Origin: a virus
DNA: 64,000 bases
Direction: 5' to 3' (one strand)
IMG/VR virus record: IMGVR_UViG_3300021225_000468
Coordinates: 64,958 to 128,957 of that record
A model generated the notes under the pieces. That model searched no databases. It saw nothing but the letters and a program-made list of their open reading frames with translations, and had not been told where the DNA came from. Position 1 is the stretch's first letter, and each line of letters begins with the position of its first letter. The position numbers and the translations under genes are program-made. Below are positions 21,852-32,276 of this stretch, one piece after another.

Positions 21852-22490
21852 TTATTTACTTAATTTAGTTTTAATTAAACTTAAAATTTCACCTTTTGAG
21901 GTAAATGGATGGTATTCCGATTCTACAATATTGTTTAACCATTCTTTTACTTCAGTACTTTCATTTTTTTGTGAATCGTCTTTTTTAGATTCTCTTTTAA
22001 TATTTTTCCACATTGCTGCTCCCGCGACCGCTTTTGGATTATCGGCTCCCGATTCTTTCGCTTTTTTCTCTATTTCTTTAAATCCTTTACCTTTTTTTCC
22101 AATATCCTTACCTGATTTCGCTGATTTTACAACTTCACTTTTCTTTTCTTTTGATAATCCTGTAGATGGTTTTTCTTCACTAACTTCTTTTTTCTTTTGA
22201 CCTTTAAGAATTTTAAAATCTTGTGCGTCAATTTTACCGTTATGATTTTTATCTAATTTTTTTTGATTACCTTTTAATTCTTCTTTCATTTCTTCTTCAT
22301 AGGTAACAAAATTTTGTTTAGTCTTCTTGGCTTGGTCTATTGCCACTTTATTATCCTTAGAAACATTTAAAACTTGTTCTCCTAACATTCTTTTTGATAA
22401 TGCAAATATTTGTTCGTCACTAAAATTGACTAATGTTTTTTCAGATAAACCTTCCTGAATTAACATTTTTATCATATCTAATCTTTTCAT
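21852..22490 (-). CDS. Hypothetical late protein with EF-hand-like loop
   Basis: LDKNHNGKIDAQDF motif and Lys-rich segments. Confidence 0.65.
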   Translation of the reverse strand: MKRLDMIKMLIQEGLSEKTLVNFSDEQIFALSKRMLGEQVLNVSKDNKVAIDQAKKTKQNFVTYEEEMKEELKGNQKKLDKNHNGKIDAQDFKILKGQKKKEVSEEKPSTGLSKEKKSEVVKSAKSGKDIGKKGKGFKEIEKKAKESGADNPKAVAGAAMWKNIKRESKKDDSQKNESTEVKEWLNNIVESEYHPFTSKGEILSLIKTKLSK

Positions 22491-22888
22491 ATGTTCTTAA
22501 ATTTAATTTCTTGATTTAATAAAAAATATTTTCTCTGTTTCAGTTTTTTTGAAACAGAATCAATTGTTTCACCAAACCTGAAATAAAGACGCTCATTCTC
22601 GGATTCATTGTTGTATTTTTCCCAACCTAAAGATATGATTCCATCAACGGCATCTATTATACCGAAGTAATCTGAATTTTGTATTAATTCTAAATCTAAA
22701 TCACTATCTTTTAACAAACCGACCATGTCTATAAATTCTATGTCAGGAGATTTGGAATTAATAGAAGAAGACGCAGGTATTGTAAACCATTCATCATTAC
22801 TTAATTCTTCAGATTCACTAAAAATGAATTCGTATTGTTTTTGTCCTTTAAAATCAACACCAATTTCATTTATATAAATGAGTTTCAC
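22487..22888 (-). CDS. Hypothetical protein
   Basis: 133-aa ORF (GTG start) in operon. Confidence 0.65.
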   Translation of the reverse strand: MKLIYINEIGVDFKGQKQYEFIFSESEELSNDEWFTIPASSSINSKSPDIEFIDMVGLLKDSDLDLELIQNSDYFGIIDAVDGIISLGWEKYNNESENERLYFRFGETIDSVSKKLKQRKYFLLNQEIKFKNI

Positions 22889-22896
22889 TTTGAATA

Positions 22897-23907
22897 TTAG
22901 ATTTTATCAAAATATTTATTCAAAATATCACTAACACTTTTATTTACACTACTTTTTATTTCGTCTAAATCTAATTCGACTATTTCGTCATTATCTTCAC
23001 CTAACTCACTAATATCCCAAGATTCAAAATCTTCTAAGGCTTTCATACCCTTATCATATTCAGACATTTCTTGAGATTTTTCTGTATCCATTTCAGGTTC
23101 TGGTGTTTCATCACCCATATCAGGTTCAGGAGTTTCATCAGACATTTCAGGTTCTTTACCCATATCTGACTCTTCATCACGTTCAAATTTCTTACCGATT
23201 TCTTCTAAATCTTCAAATTCTAATTTATCTAAATCAACGGCAGAAATAATCATGTTAAGAACATATTTTATATCATCACTTTCTAATCTTTCTTTTTGGT
23301 CTCTCAATTCCTGTCCGAGTTTACCTGCAAATTTTTGAATTTCCGCCATGTAATCTGAACGTTTTTGTGATGAATCGTCACCACCCATATCAGGAGTATC
23401 ACCCATGTCAGGTGTGTCCATTCCTTCAGGAGATGGTGTATCACCTGTTTCAGGTGACATCTCACCACCCATATCAGATGGTGGAGGTGGTGGTATAGAT
23501 TCTCCTGATGGTTCTGCATCCATGGGAGGAGGAGGTGGTGTTTCAACTTCATTTTGTTTTGACTTCTGTTTCAAAACATATTTTGTTGCTTCTTGGATTT
23601 CTTCTTGACCTTTCAACAATTCTAATCTTTTCAATGCTTCAGCATATGAAGAAAATTTATTCTTATTTTTCATGAATAATCCACCGATATAATCTAAAGA
23701 CGATTCATTTAATCCTCTTTTAACATAATATCCGTCTTTTTCTTTGACAATACCATAAATGCCACCTGCTTTAGATTCTTTCACTAATTCAGGTTTAGTT
23801 TCCTTGTTACTTATGTTTTTTGAATTGTAATATGTTAATTCGAGAATTCTTTTTAATTTCTCGTCACTACTCAATTTTTCACTTCCAAGTGGTTTAATAT
23901 CTGCCAT
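22897..23907 (-). CDS. Acidic/Pro-rich hypothetical head-associated protein
   Basis: 336 aa with short D(T/E)TP(E)(P)DMG repeats; TATTTAT upstream. Confidence 0.7.
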   Translation of the reverse strand: MADIKPLGSEKLSSDEKLKRILELTYYNSKNISNKETKPELVKESKAGGIYGIVKEKDGYYVKRGLNESSLDYIGGLFMKNKNKFSSYAEALKRLELLKGQEEIQEATKYVLKQKSKQNEVETPPPPPMDAEPSGESIPPPPPSDMGGEMSPETGDTPSPEGMDTPDMGDTPDMGGDDSSQKRSDYMAEIQKFAGKLGQELRDQKERLESDDIKYVLNMIISAVDLDKLEFEDLEEIGKKFERDEESDMGKEPEMSDETPEPDMGDETPEPEMDTEKSQEMSEYDKGMKALEDFESWDISELGEDNDEIVELDLDEIKSSVNKSVSDILNKYFDKI

Positions 23908-23978
23908 TTTTTTAAAATTAAATAAACTTATTCTTAATCTATAAATACATAGATAAAATAAAAAATTTTAATTGTGAA

Positions 23979-24722
23979 TCATTCTATTGATAATTTCTTA
24001 TCAAGAAGAGTACTTTTTAAGTCTAATAATTTTTTTATAGAACCATTTCTTCTTAATAACTTGAATGTCAAATTCTCGAAAGAATATTCACCACCTTTAT
24101 CTAAACCTGTTTGTCTAAAATTTTTGATTTTTTTATATATTTTTTTTAGGTCATCCATCACATCATGTTGCTGTGATTTTTTTACTAAATCATCAATTTT
24201 TTTTGTGTATTCATCAGATTTAGATAGTATTTTTTCATCATCAATCGATATTTTTTGTTTTACAGGTTTTGTGACCCATTTATCTTTTAAAATTGAGTAT
24301 ATACCTGTAGAAGTTGCTTTTTCATTTAAATCTTGTACATAAATTTCAACATCATAATTTTTTATTTTGATGTCATGTTTACTTTTCCATGCCTTTTCTT
24401 TGGCATCAAAAAATTCTTTCATGATGTCTACACTATATTTTTGGTCTTCAAAATCAACTATTATGTGTAAATCTATATCAGAATAATTGGACCAATTATA
24501 ATTTGCTAAAGAACCCGTAATTACAATATCATGAATAAAAAATTCAATACCGATAAAATCTATGTATTCATTTGATATATCGATTAATTTTTTTCTGATT
24601 TCAGAGTGCATTTTTGATTCGTCTTCAAAAATAACATCTGATAGAGAATCTTTTGGTATGAAAGAGTCAACTATTTTTTCATCCTCTTTTGTATATTCAT
24701 TAATATCGTAATTGTTTATCAT
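23979..24722 (-). CDS. Nucleotidyltransferase (Pol-beta superfamily)
   Basis: ITGSLANYNWSNYSDIDLHI and VEIYVQD catalytic signature. Confidence 0.8.
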   Translation of the reverse strand: MINNYDINEYTKEDEKIVDSFIPKDSLSDVIFEDESKMHSEIRKKLIDISNEYIDFIGIEFFIHDIVITGSLANYNWSNYSDIDLHIIVDFEDQKYSVDIMKEFFDAKEKAWKSKHDIKIKNYDVEIYVQDLNEKATSTGIYSILKDKWVTKPVKQKISIDDEKILSKSDEYTKKIDDLVKKSQQHDVMDDLKKIYKKIKNFRQTGLDKGGEYSFENLTFKLLRRNGSIKKLLDLKSTLLDKKLSIE

Positions 24723-24964
24723 TGAATTTTTTTATATGTATAATTTTTAGATATATTAGTATTGAAATATTTTCCTTGAGATTCTGACATTCTAAATCTT
24801 GTAAATACTTCCCAAGGAACTCCTTTGTATTCATATACACTGTTATTGTTGAAAGTGATTTCCAAATCTTTAGATTCTGTATTATATTTCGCAGATTTAA
24901 GATTAGAGGAATTAATCTCAACTATAATTAACTTCCCTTCAATTTTTTCTGTAATAATACCCAT
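24719..24964 (-). CDS. KTSC domain protein
   Basis: SSNLKSAKY...LEITF...VYEY.GVP...S.GKYFN.NI. Confidence 0.88.
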   Translation of the reverse strand: MGIITEKIEGKLIIVEINSSNLKSAKYNTESKDLEITFNNNSVYEYKGVPWEVFTRFRMSESQGKYFNTNISKNYTYKKIQ

Positions 24965-24995
24965 ATATTTTTTTAATAAATATAAAAAAAATAAA

Positions 24996-25018
24996 ATCCC
25001 CCACAAAATGTGGGGGAT
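24996..25018 (-). terminator. Intrinsic terminator after hsp20
   Basis: ATCCCCCACA-AAA-TGTGGGGGAT hairpin with flanking A-tract. Confidence 0.75.
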
Positions 25019-25022
25019 AAAA

Positions 25023-25403
25023 TCAACTAATTGTTATTAGTTTTTGTTTTAATTTTTCTTTATCCTTGGGTATTTTTATTGTACATACACCATTTTTAAC
25101 TGTAGCATCTATTTTGTCTACCAAAACATCTTTTGGAAGTTTATATTTCTTTTCAAATTTTTGAATAAAGATATGTTTAGATTTTTCATCTTTTTTTGGT
25201 TCATGGTTGATAATAATTAAATCATTGTCAACCATAATACTCAAATCATTTTTAGTCAAACCAGGTACTGATAGATGTATTTGATAATCATCATCAGTTG
25301 TTTGAATTTTATAATCACCATACCATTCTGATTTTTTGTAATCAGATAAAAATTCGTCAAAATACGAATCTAAAAGATTGTTAAAGTAAAATGTTTTGTA
25401 CAT
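25023..25403 (-). CDS. Small heat-shock protein (Hsp20)
   Basis: VPGLTKNDL...FEKKYKLP...IDATVKNGVCTIKIPK. Confidence 0.88.
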   Translation of the reverse strand: MYKTFYFNNLLDSYFDEFLSDYKKSEWYGDYKIQTTDDDYQIHLSVPGLTKNDLSIMVDNDLIIINHEPKKDEKSKHIFIQKFEKKYKLPKDVLVDKIDATVKNGVCTIKIPKDKEKLKQKLITIS

Positions 25404-25505
25404 AGTATTATAAATTTTTACAAAATATTATCAAAATATTTACCAAAATAGTATATCTGTTATAATTACATACTAAAAATGATATTAATGTCATTTTGAC
25501 ATTAT

Positions 25506-25536
25506 TTTGTTTTGTTGTTTGACTTTTGTATATTTG
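25506..25536 (+). promoter_or_regulatory. Bacteroidota-type sigma-A promoter for clpC
   Basis: TTTG(25506)-N19-TATATTTG(25529). Confidence 0.6.
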
Positions 25537-25547
25537 ATATATAAATT

Positions 25548-27563
25548 TTGTCACCTATGTCTGTAGACTATTTTGAAGAGAACCAACCATTAAATCCTAA
25601 GAAAGTCAAAAAGGGGTCTAATACACCTATATTAGATAATTTTTCGAGGGATTTAATCAGATTGGCAGAAGAAGGTAAAATTGACCCTGTTGTCGGTAGG
25701 GAAAATGAGGTCAAAAGAATCGCTCAAATCTTATCAAGAAAAAAGAAAAACAACGCGGTCATTGTTGGAGATGCTGGTGTGGGGAAATCAGCATTAGTTG
25801 AAAAATTAGCCTTGATGATAAGTAAGGGTGATTGTCCAACAAATCTTTTGGATAAAAGAATAATGTCTTTAGATTTGACTTCATTGGTTGCGGGAACAAA
25901 ATACCGTGGACAATTTGAAGAAAGGATTAAAGCAATATTGAATGAATTACAGGAGGCACCTAATGTGATTGTTTTTATTGATGAATTACACACGATGGTT
26001 GGTGCAGGAAACGCCAGTGGTTCTATGGATGCTGCAAATATTTTAAAACCTGCTTTGGCAAGAGGTGAAATCCAATGTATTGGTGCAACAACGTTTGACG
26101 AATTCAAAAAACATATTGAAAAGGATGGTGCGTTAGTTAGGAGATTTCAAAAAATAATTTTGAAAGAACCTACAATACAAGAAACTATCACTATATTAAA
26201 TAATTTGAAAAGTTCTTATGAGGACTATCATAGAGTTAGTTATGAAGAAAATGTTATTGAATCTATTGTAAAATTATCTCACAGGTATATTACTGATAGA
26301 CAATTTCCTGATAAAAGTATCGATATATTAGATGAATTGGGTAGTGAAAAAAGAGTGTCAAATAAAATACCTGATTATATAGAAAAATTAAAGAAAAAGG
26401 CGGATGATTTAAAACTGAAAAAAATTAAGGTAGTAGAAAAACAAGATTATGAAGTTGCTGCAAAATTAAGAGATGAGGAAAAAGAATCTCGAAAAAAATA
26501 TGTAACAGAAAAAGAAAAATGGGAAAAAAGTTGTTTAGAAAATAAGATACCTGTCACTGTTGAAGATGTTTATGAAATCATTTCACAAATGACAGGGGTT
26601 CCAATCAGTAAATTAGATAATAAAGAAGTTCAAAAACTTTTAGATTTAGAAAATATTTTGTCAAAAAAAGTTATTGGACAATCTGAAGCCATTTCATCGA
26701 TATCTAAAGCAATTAGAAGAAATAGAGTAGGAATCAAAGATGCTAATAAACCCATCGGTTCATTTATATTTTTAGGTTCAACAGGTGTTGGTAAAACATT
26801 TTTGGCAAAATGTTTAGCTAAAACATTATTTGATGATTCTGAAAAAATAATCAGAATTGACATGAGTGAATACATGGAAAAACACAATGTATCTCGTTTA
26901 GTAGGTGCACCTCCTGGTTATGTGGGATATGATGAAGGTGGACAATTAACAGAGAAAGTAAAAAATAATCCGTTTTCAGTAATTTTATTTGATGAAATAG
27001 AAAAGGCACATAAAGATGTCTATAATATTTTGTTACAGATACTTGATGAGGGACATTTAACAGATTCGTTTGGTCGAAAAATTAATTTTACAAATACTTT
27101 GATAATCATGACATCAAATGTCGGAGCAAAAAAAGTATCTGAATTTGGTAATGGTATTGGATTTGCAACATCCTCAGAACAAAAATATGATGTCAAAAAA
27201 AGTATCATTCAAAAATCTTTAAAACAACAATTTAATCCTGAGTTCTTGAATAGAATTGACGATATAATTTTATTCAACAAATTGGATGACGAGACACTAA
27301 AAGTTATTGTTGAAAATGAATTGAAAAGTCTTCAAAATAGACTGAAAGACAAAAATTACACAATAACTTTTGATAGTTCAGTGATAAATAGAATTTTAGA
27401 ATTGAATAAAGAAGAAGAATACGGTGCTAGACCAATTAAAAGAATAATTCAAAATCTTATCGAAGATTTTATTAGTGAAGAAATTTTGAAAAGTAATATT
27501 GTAGAAAATGGTACTTACTTATTGAAGTATAAAGATGAAAATTTAAAAATTATAAAAAAGTAA
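25548..27563 (+). CDS. clpC: ClpC-like AAA+ ATPase lacking the N-terminal Clp repeat domain
   Basis: Two AAA modules (GDAGVGKS/FIDELH; GSTGVGKT/FDEIEKAH), UVR-like M domain (QDYEVAAKLRD), IGF loop, YGARP. Confidence 0.88.
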   Translation: MSPMSVDYFEENQPLNPKKVKKGSNTPILDNFSRDLIRLAEEGKIDPVVGRENEVKRIAQILSRKKKNNAVIVGDAGVGKSALVEKLALMISKGDCPTNLLDKRIMSLDLTSLVAGTKYRGQFEERIKAILNELQEAPNVIVFIDELHTMVGAGNASGSMDAANILKPALARGEIQCIGATTFDEFKKHIEKDGALVRRFQKIILKEPTIQETITILNNLKSSYEDYHRVSYEENVIESIVKLSHRYITDRQFPDKSIDILDELGSEKRVSNKIPDYIEKLKKKADDLKLKKIKVVEKQDYEVAAKLRDEEKESRKKYVTEKEKWEKSCLENKIPVTVEDVYEIISQMTGVPISKLDNKEVQKLLDLENILSKKVIGQSEAISSISKAIRRNRVGIKDANKPIGSFIFLGSTGVGKTFLAKCLAKTLFDDSEKIIRIDMSEYMEKHNVSRLVGAPPGYVGYDEGGQLTEKVKNNPFSVILFDEIEKAHKDVYNILLQILDEGHLTDSFGRKINFTNTLIIMTSNVGAKKVSEFGNGIGFATSSEQKYDVKKSIIQKSLKQQFNPEFLNRIDDIILFNKLDDETLKVIVENELKSLQNRLKDKNYTITFDSSVINRILELNKEEEYGARPIKRIIQNLIEDFISEEILKSNIVENGTYLLKYKDENLKIIKK

Positions 27564-27674
27564 TAATAAATATATGAATTTTTGTTTTTTTTCATATATT
27601 TATATATGAAGGTAACTTTTGTCAGATACCTTTTCGTTTTTTAGATTCAGGGTTGAACCTGCTTATGACCTTAT

Positions 27675-27708
27675 AAAACCCCAACAACTTGTTGGGGTTT
27701 ATTTTTTT
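27675..27708 (+). terminator. Intrinsic terminator
   Basis: AAACCCCAACAA-C-TTGTTGGGGTTT followed by a T-tract. Confidence 0.75.
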
Positions 27709-27752
27709 TATTGTCTTTTTTTTATTATTTTTAATTTACAAATCATTTGTAA

Positions 27753-28055
27753 ATGAAGAAAAAACTCCTGTTTGAAGAAGACTATTCTGACTTCGCAGAT
27801 TTTTATGATGAGAATAAACACATTATTTATTCTGAAATTGTCGAACTCTTTTCTGAATTTCAAGAAGTCAGAATAAAAACAATCAGTTTAGTTGTTGTTG
27901 CAAAAATCCAAAACATGGATTGGAATACTGAAATAAAATTTGATAGGAAAAATATTAAAATACTTAGTAATGAAATTCTAAAATATTTTGAAAGTATTGA
28001 TGATTATGAATCATGTCAAAAAATCGTAAAACTATATAATGACTTGACAATATAA
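27753..28055 (+). CDS. Hypothetical protein
   Basis: 100-aa ORF. Confidence 0.65.
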   Translation: MKKKLLFEEDYSDFADFYDENKHIIYSEIVELFSEFQEVRIKTISLVVVAKIQNMDWNTEIKFDRKNIKILSNEILKYFESIDDYESCQKIVKLYNDLTI

Positions 28056-28110
28056 AAAAAATATCCTATATATTCATTATCGATTATATATCTCTATTAT
28101 TTTTGTCAAC

Positions 28111-28139
28111 AACCCCTGTGTTTCTACATAGGGGTTTTT
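28111..28139. terminator. Terminator between convergent genes
   Basis: AACCCCTGTG-TTTCTA-CATAGGGGTT hairpin. Confidence 0.65.
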
Positions 28140-28425
28140 AATTTATAACATCATCTTCAGAATAATTACTGTCTTGTGAAGATTGTGAATTTGAATCAGG
28201 TTTTTTTGAGTTTATATACTTGTCCACAGATGCAATTCCAAACGAACCTAAAGTTATGATAAGAAACGAATTAAATATAAATTCATTAACAACCAAATCT
28301 TTACCAAAATACCCTGTCACTATATCTGCAATTGCAAAAATTATCATTATCAAAAATGCGGCAAATCCTATTACAGATTTTTCATTTATATGATTATCAT
28401 CTGAAAACAATTCTTTAAAGTTCAT
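28138..28425 (-). CDS. Two-TM membrane protein (possible holin)
   Basis: Two hydrophobic segments and a polar tail. Confidence 0.55.
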   Translation of the reverse strand: MNFKELFSDDNHINEKSVIGFAAFLIMIIFAIADIVTGYFGKDLVVNEFIFNSFLIITLGSFGIASVDKYINSKKPDSNSQSSQDSNYSEDDVIN

Positions 28426-28458
28426 AAAATATTATTTTTGTCTATCTATAAATATTAT

Positions 28459-28839
28459 TTAATATAAGACTTGTTTATTCTTATCTAATATTATTTTACC
28501 ATAATCAATTCTTGAAATAATTTGAGGTATAGAAAAATCAACAATCTCTACTATTTGATTTATTAAATCATTATCACAACCAATAATCTTACTATTATCA
28601 TCAAAATAGATATATTTTTGTTTTTCAAAAATATCTAACATTTTATTATGTGAAACCTTAAAATCATTTAGTTCATGTAATATTTTTTCTAAATTTAAAA
28701 AATATGGAGATAGATTTTTTATATAAAATGATTTATCAACCTTTTGAAGGTATGCAAATAAAACATATTGTTTATGTTCAAAATCTATAGGTGGTTCTAT
28801 GTACCATGTGACGGGTAAAATATCCTTACTCATACCCAT
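28459..28839 (-). CDS. Hypothetical protein
   Basis: 126-aa ORF (PIDFEHKQYVL.AYLQ). Confidence 0.65.
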   Translation of the reverse strand: MGMSKDILPVTWYIEPPIDFEHKQYVLFAYLQKVDKSFYIKNLSPYFLNLEKILHELNDFKVSHNKMLDIFEKQKYIYFDDNSKIIGCDNDLINQIVEIVDFSIPQIISRIDYGKIILDKNKQVLY

Positions 28840-28924
28840 ATATATTTTAAAATATATTTTATTTTATATAAAAATTATTTATTCAATTTACTATTTATAA
28901 TTGACACAAATCTGAGAAAAATAC

Positions 28925-29992
28925 ATGAATCCATTGAAATTGCTATTTTTATTGAAAAGAAGACACGACTATAATTCTGAAAAACATATTAATTTAAATA
29001 TTAGTACGGGTTTATACAATTCAGCGTTTTTTATGTACGACATGTTAAATGATTTAGGTATTGAGTCTCATATTTCAGTAGTTATAGATAATAATTGTAT
29101 TGATAGAGAAGTTTCGAAATATAAACCAACCCACGTTGTAATAGAAGCACTATGGGTTATACCGTCAAAATTTCAAGTTTTAACTAAATTACATCCAAAT
29201 GTAAAATGGATAATAAGACTTCATAGTGAAATACCATTTTTAGCTAACGAGGGAATGGCATTTGATTGGATTGGTGATTATGTGATGTTTGATAATGTTT
29301 ATGTTGCGGCAAATTCTGAATACGCGTTAGACGATGTCAGGTCGTTTATTAAAAGTAAAGTCCCTCAATGGCATTATACGCACATAAATAAAAAAATAAT
29401 ATACTTACCTAATTTTTATCCTCAAGAATTTAAATCAAAAAAATTTGATAAAAATAAGGATTATATAGACATTGCTTGTTTTGGAGCTATTAGACCTTTG
29501 AAAAACCATATAATTCAATCAATCTCAGCTTTAAAATTTGCAGATAAAATAAATAAAAAATTGAGATTTCATGTTAATATTGGTAGGGTAGAACAAAAGG
29601 GAGATTCAATTTTGAAAAACTTACAATCTATATTTTCACATGTAGAAGATTCAGGTCATCAATTAGTTGGTCATGTATGGTCACCAAGAGAAAAATTTTT
29701 AGAGATTTGTGAAACTGTTGATATTGGAATGCAAGTCTCAATATCTGAAACATTCAATATTGTTGCCGCAGATTTGGTAACAAATGGTATACCTGTAGTC
29801 TGTTCAAATGAAATACCTTGGTCCAATCCAATTTTTAGTGCAGATTCTACAGATATGCAAAATATTTATGATAAATTGTTGTTGACATATAATTTTCCTT
29901 TTATAAATTATAAATCACATCAATTTTTACTAAGAAGATATACAAATAAAACCAAAGAAGTGTGGTATAATTACTTCACAAATAAAGTATGA
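28925..29992 (+). CDS. Glycosyltransferase, GT-B fold
   Basis: FGAIRPLKNH and SETFNIVAAD...GIPVV motifs. Confidence 0.72.
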   Translation: MNPLKLLFLLKRRHDYNSEKHINLNISTGLYNSAFFMYDMLNDLGIESHISVVIDNNCIDREVSKYKPTHVVIEALWVIPSKFQVLTKLHPNVKWIIRLHSEIPFLANEGMAFDWIGDYVMFDNVYVAANSEYALDDVRSFIKSKVPQWHYTHINKKIIYLPNFYPQEFKSKKFDKNKDYIDIACFGAIRPLKNHIIQSISALKFADKINKKLRFHVNIGRVEQKGDSILKNLQSIFSHVEDSGHQLVGHVWSPREKFLEICETVDIGMQVSISETFNIVAADLVTNGIPVVCSNEIPWSNPIFSADSTDMQNIYDKLLLTYNFPFINYKSHQFLLRRYTNKTKEVWYNYFTNKV

Positions 29993-30177
29993 GTAAATTA
30001 AAATTAACAATCTCTCATTGGAATAATGGTATTTGGGGAAATAGAAACTATTTTTTCAAAACTCTTATAGATGCGAAAAATGAAGCAAAAAAACACAAGG
30101 GTAGAATTAAAATATATAATGAACAAAAACAAGTAATTTTATCTGAAGAAAACGAAAATAATGGAGTATATTCGTAA
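29989..30177 (+). CDS. Hypothetical protein
   Basis: 62-aa ORF with ATGA overlap. Confidence 0.55.
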   Translation: MSKLKLTISHWNNGIWGNRNYFFKTLIDAKNEAKKHKGRIKIYNEQKQVILSEENENNGVYS

Positions 30178-30186
30178 TCAAAAAAT

Positions 30187-31083
30187 ATGAAACTTTTATC
30201 ATTACTTTTTGAAAATAATAGTTACAAAACATCATACACAGGTGTCATTTTAGATAAGAATTCTACAAATAAAATATTAGAAATTGTCGATGTTCCGACA
30301 GGATGGAAACCTATCGCTCATCATATGACGATATCTTTAGGTGGAATACCTGAACAATTCAAAGATTTGTTAGGGAAAAAACAAACTTTACGAATCACTA
30401 AATTGGGTAAATCCGATAAAGCAATTGCATTAGGTGTTGATTCCAATCTAAGTTTGAATAAAATACCACACATAACTGTTGCAATTAATACCTCAATAGG
30501 GGCTAAAGCAAAAGATAGTAATGAAATCACAGAATGGGAAGAAATTGAACCATTTGAAGTGATAGGTTATGTAGAAGAAGTTCTATATCAACCACCATTT
30601 AAAACATCAGGTACACCAAAAGTATTAAACGTATTCGATTTTGACGGAACACTCATGGATTCACCAACACCTGAAGTTGGTATGCCATTATATAAAAAAT
30701 TAACAGGTAATGATTGGCCGTACAAAGGATGGTGGGGTAGATTGGAAAGTTTGACATCTTTTGATGTTAAACCTTTAGAGAAAACTAAAGAATTATATGA
30801 AAAATATACTTCAATACCTGATTCAGTAAATGTTTTGATGACAAATCGTATCGCTAAATTTGAAAATGTAGTAAAAGACAAACTCAAAGATTATTATGTT
30901 TTTGATTATTACGACTTCAAAAACGACCAAAGAGAAAAACCTGACAGAATATCTGAAATCTTGAAAAACAATCCCACAATACAACAAGTCAACATATTTG
31001 ATGATATGGAAGAACAAATAATTAAGTTCCAAAATTTCAAAGAAAAACACCCCGAATTGGAAATAAACATCTTTAAAATATAA
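30187..31083 (+). CDS. RNA-repair-type fusion: 2H phosphoesterase plus HAD phosphatase (HAD_SAK-like)
   Basis: HHMTI and PHITV (two HxT motifs); FDFDGTL..SP, GWW, LMTNR, IFDD. Confidence 0.75.
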   Translation: MKLLSLLFENNSYKTSYTGVILDKNSTNKILEIVDVPTGWKPIAHHMTISLGGIPEQFKDLLGKKQTLRITKLGKSDKAIALGVDSNLSLNKIPHITVAINTSIGAKAKDSNEITEWEEIEPFEVIGYVEEVLYQPPFKTSGTPKVLNVFDFDGTLMDSPTPEVGMPLYKKLTGNDWPYKGWWGRLESLTSFDVKPLEKTKELYEKYTSIPDSVNVLMTNRIAKFENVVKDKLKDYYVFDYYDFKNDQREKPDRISEILKNNPTIQQVNIFDDMEEQIIKFQNFKEKHPELEINIFKI

Positions 31084-31174
31084 CAGTATTATTTTTTTTA
31101 CTACAAACAGTTTCTATATAAAAAAATTTTGTTTATGTGTATTTCTTTACTACATTTACAAAAAATTGATAGAA

Positions 31175-32257
31175 ATGAAGACAATTAAAGATTTTACCCC
31201 CGAAATTAAGGCGAAGATTCCCGACTACATCTCAAGAGCAAAGGATGACCTTTATTCAGGTGTTGAAGCGGCAAATTGGAAGAAAGAAGATACCATAGTC
31301 TATCTTAATAAAGTCTATCAGTACAGTCAAAAGGAATTACCCGCAGTTGTTGTTGCCAATAACCCTGAGGAATATAAAATGTTTTTCGATTTGCTTTTTA
31401 ATGGCAAGAAGAACAAAAAATTTGAAAAAACCATTGAAAAGATTGTTGAAGACAAGAACAATGGGAAAGAATCTAAAGAGGAGTTGAACATCGAAGAAAC
31501 TCTTCGCAAAACAAAATGGAATTCAGGAAGTGCTATTGAGGCGAAATATGATTATCTGTTTCTTACCTCTGAATATGCCCGTGTTTATTTGATGTGGTAT
31601 CGGTTCATCCACAAGGAATTTGATATTCCTTTCTCAAAATCCGAAGACCTCGAATGGTTCTATCAACATATTAATCAAGCGTCCATTTCAAGGTGTTATT
31701 TCACTGAAAAAATTTGTTTGGTTCTGCGAATGCCAAGCAAGATAATCCGAAATGAGGTTGGTTTCCATTCAATTCATGAACCTGCAATTCAATTTGTTGG
31801 TGGTTTCGGTGCATATTATTTGAACGGAAGGAGAGTACCAAATTGGGTTTTTGAAAACTTTGAAAATGGTACACTCACGTTTGATATGTTGAACAATGAA
31901 AAGAATGAAGATATCCGTGCGTCAATTATCACATTGATAAAAGAAAGAAGTGGTAACGAAGGATTGATGAAGTTCTTGAATGCCACACTTGTCGATGAGA
32001 AAAAGGTTGAACATGAAAATGGGTACAGTGAAACCTTGAGAATTTGGAAAACCAAACAGAAATATTCTTTCTTGGTTGACAGCAAAGGAAATACCAATGT
32101 ACCATACGCTTGGATTGAAATGATATGTCCTTCAACAGGTCAGACATATCTGATTGATACCTGTCCAACATTCAAAGACGCAATCGAATGTGCGAAATGG
32201 CACAGACCGAAAATGGTACCAAGTTCTGTACCTTACGTTTGGCAATCAGCAAATTAA
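31175..32257 (+). CDS. DUF6745-like protein lacking the internal tetrapeptide repeat
   Basis: N-terminal FTPE...IP.Y...VY......P.VVVANNP; C-terminal ICLVLRMP..I....GFHS..EPAIQF..G...YYLNG, N.DIR, M.CPSTG..Y. Confidence 0.72.
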   Translation: MKTIKDFTPEIKAKIPDYISRAKDDLYSGVEAANWKKEDTIVYLNKVYQYSQKELPAVVVANNPEEYKMFFDLLFNGKKNKKFEKTIEKIVEDKNNGKESKEELNIEETLRKTKWNSGSAIEAKYDYLFLTSEYARVYLMWYRFIHKEFDIPFSKSEDLEWFYQHINQASISRCYFTEKICLVLRMPSKIIRNEVGFHSIHEPAIQFVGGFGAYYLNGRRVPNWVFENFENGTLTFDMLNNEKNEDIRASIITLIKERSGNEGLMKFLNATLVDEKKVEHENGYSETLRIWKTKQKYSFLVDSKGNTNVPYAWIEMICPSTGQTYLIDTCPTFKDAIECAKWHRPKMVPSSVPYVWQSAN

Positions 32258-32276
32258 TAACCAAAAAATCAATCAA

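Noticed and set aside
15480-23470. Short peptide repeats (DDETPSM in the scaffold; DTPDMG and DETPEP in 22897-23907)
   Set aside because: These are ordinary low-complexity acidic linker duplications.
13098-27208. Many 60-130-aa antisense ORFs over capsid, scaffold, portal, terminase and clpC
   Set aside because: They are fully nested opposite well-supported genes.
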